From a virus (taxonomy: Duplodnaviria > Heunggongvirae > Uroviricota > Caudoviricetes): 62,764 nt of DNA. Made by a program: the position numbers and the translations under genes. Each line of letters begins with the position of its first letter. Position 1 is the first letter of the stretch. This document shows positions 61,746-62,764 of this stretch, one piece after another. Location of the stretch: IMG/VR virus record IMGVR_UViG_2516143071_000006; one strand, given 5' to 3'. Below the pieces are notes generated by a model. That model ran no database searches. It was not told the origin of the DNA and saw only the letters and a list, made by a program, of their open reading frames with translations.

Positions 61746-62764
61746 ACAGACTGGGGGATATGCCAGATGTCACTTTCGAAGAAGCCTGCCTGAGATGGCT
61801 TGAGGAAAAAGCCGACAAGAAATCCATCGATTCCGATAAATCCAGAATCGCATTCTGGATTGAGCATTTCGAGGGAATAAGGATTAAGGATATATCGGAG
61901 GCAATGATCTACTCAGTTATCAGCAAAGCGTATAACCGAAAAACAAAGGAGAGATGGAAGTTGCAGGTGGAGGCTGCATTAAGAAAAGGGAAAGAACCAC
62001 CAGCCTATATACCTAAATCGGTGAGCACGCAAACAAAAGCAACACACCTGGCAATGATCAAGGCTATTCTGCGCGCCGCAGAGCGAGACTGGAAATGGCT
62101 TGAAAAAGCACCTGTAATCAAAATACCTGCCGTAAAAAACAAACGCGTGAGATGGCTGGAAAAAGAAGAAGCCAGGAGACTCATTGATGCATGTTCTGAT
62201 CCCCTGAAATCTGTAGTTAAATTTGCACTGGCAACTGGCCTGAGGAGATCAAACATTATTAATCTGGAGTGGCAACAAATCGATATGCAGCGACGTGTTG
62301 CCTGGGTAAACCCTGAAGACAGTAAGTCAAACCGCGCTATTGGGGTCGCACTGAATGACACTGCCTGCAAGGTGTTGCGTGATCAAATAGGCAAACATCA
62401 CCGCTGGGTGTTTGTTTATACCACTGCTGCCAGAAGGCCTGACGGGACAATGACACCAAGCATCAGAAAGATGCGCCTGGACTATAACACATCGTGGTTA
62501 ACAGCATGTCGTCGGGCAGGAATTGAAAATTTCCGTTTTCATGACCTCCGCCATACCTGGGCCAGTTGGTTAATTCAGTCAGGTGTACCACTGTCAGTAC
62601 TTCAGGAAATGGGCGGCTGGGAGTCTATCGAAATGGTGCGTAGGTACGCACACCTTGCACCTAATCATTTGACAGAGCACGCGAGGAAAATTGACGACAT
62701 ATTGGGTGACGATGTCCCAAATTTGTCCCACCCTGAGGTTTTTGAGGATGCAAAGAAAGCATAA
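61601..62764 (+). CDS. int: Tyrosine integrase
   Basis: 387 aa; catalytic R...HDLRHTWAS...VRRYAHL motifs; stop is the last codon of the window. Confidence 0.9.
   Translation: MSLFRRGEIWYASYSLPGGKRIKESLGTKDKRQAQELHDKRKAELWRVDRLGDMPDVTFEEACLRWLEEKADKKSIDSDKSRIAFWIEHFEGIRIKDISEAMIYSVISKAYNRKTKERWKLQVEAALRKGKEPPAYIPKSVSTQTKATHLAMIKAILRAAERDWKWLEKAPVIKIPAVKNKRVRWLEKEEARRLIDACSDPLKSVVKFALATGLRRSNIINLEWQQIDMQRRVAWVNPEDSKSNRAIGVALNDTACKVLRDQIGKHHRWVFVYTTAARRPDGTMTPSIRKMRLDYNTSWLTACRRAGIENFRFHDLRHTWASWLIQSGVPLSVLQEMGGWESIEMVRRYAHLAPNHLTEHARKIDDILGDDVPNLSHPEVFEDAKKA

Overview
The window holds the 3' end of ynfF and a 5' stub of ynfG, then about 60 kb of a lambdoid prophage inserted in ynfG that runs to the window end at int. 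The prophage is mosaic. Its immunity region (cro, OR, cI, OL/pL) and Red genes (gam, bet, exo) are near-identical to lambda, but N and the boxB hairpins look P22-type. From int leftwards the order is xis, exo/bet/gam, N, cI/cro, cII, O, DnaC-like loader, a toxin-antitoxin island, nin genes (ninB, ybcO-like, rusA, ninH), Q, nanS-p esterase, lysis cassette (S, R, Rz/Rz1), then a podovirus-like structural module (TerS, TerL, portal, scaffold, capsid, collagen-like fibre, Lom) ending in a 2783-aa giant ORF. No stx genes, tRNAs, rRNAs, CRISPR arrays or IS elements were seen. The strongest lead for a new system is a two-gene operon sitting exactly where rexA-rexB sit in lambda. All similarity calls are from reading the ORF translations and from memory of protein families; nothing was searched or computed beyond hand translation. 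Self-derived coordinates may be off by a base.
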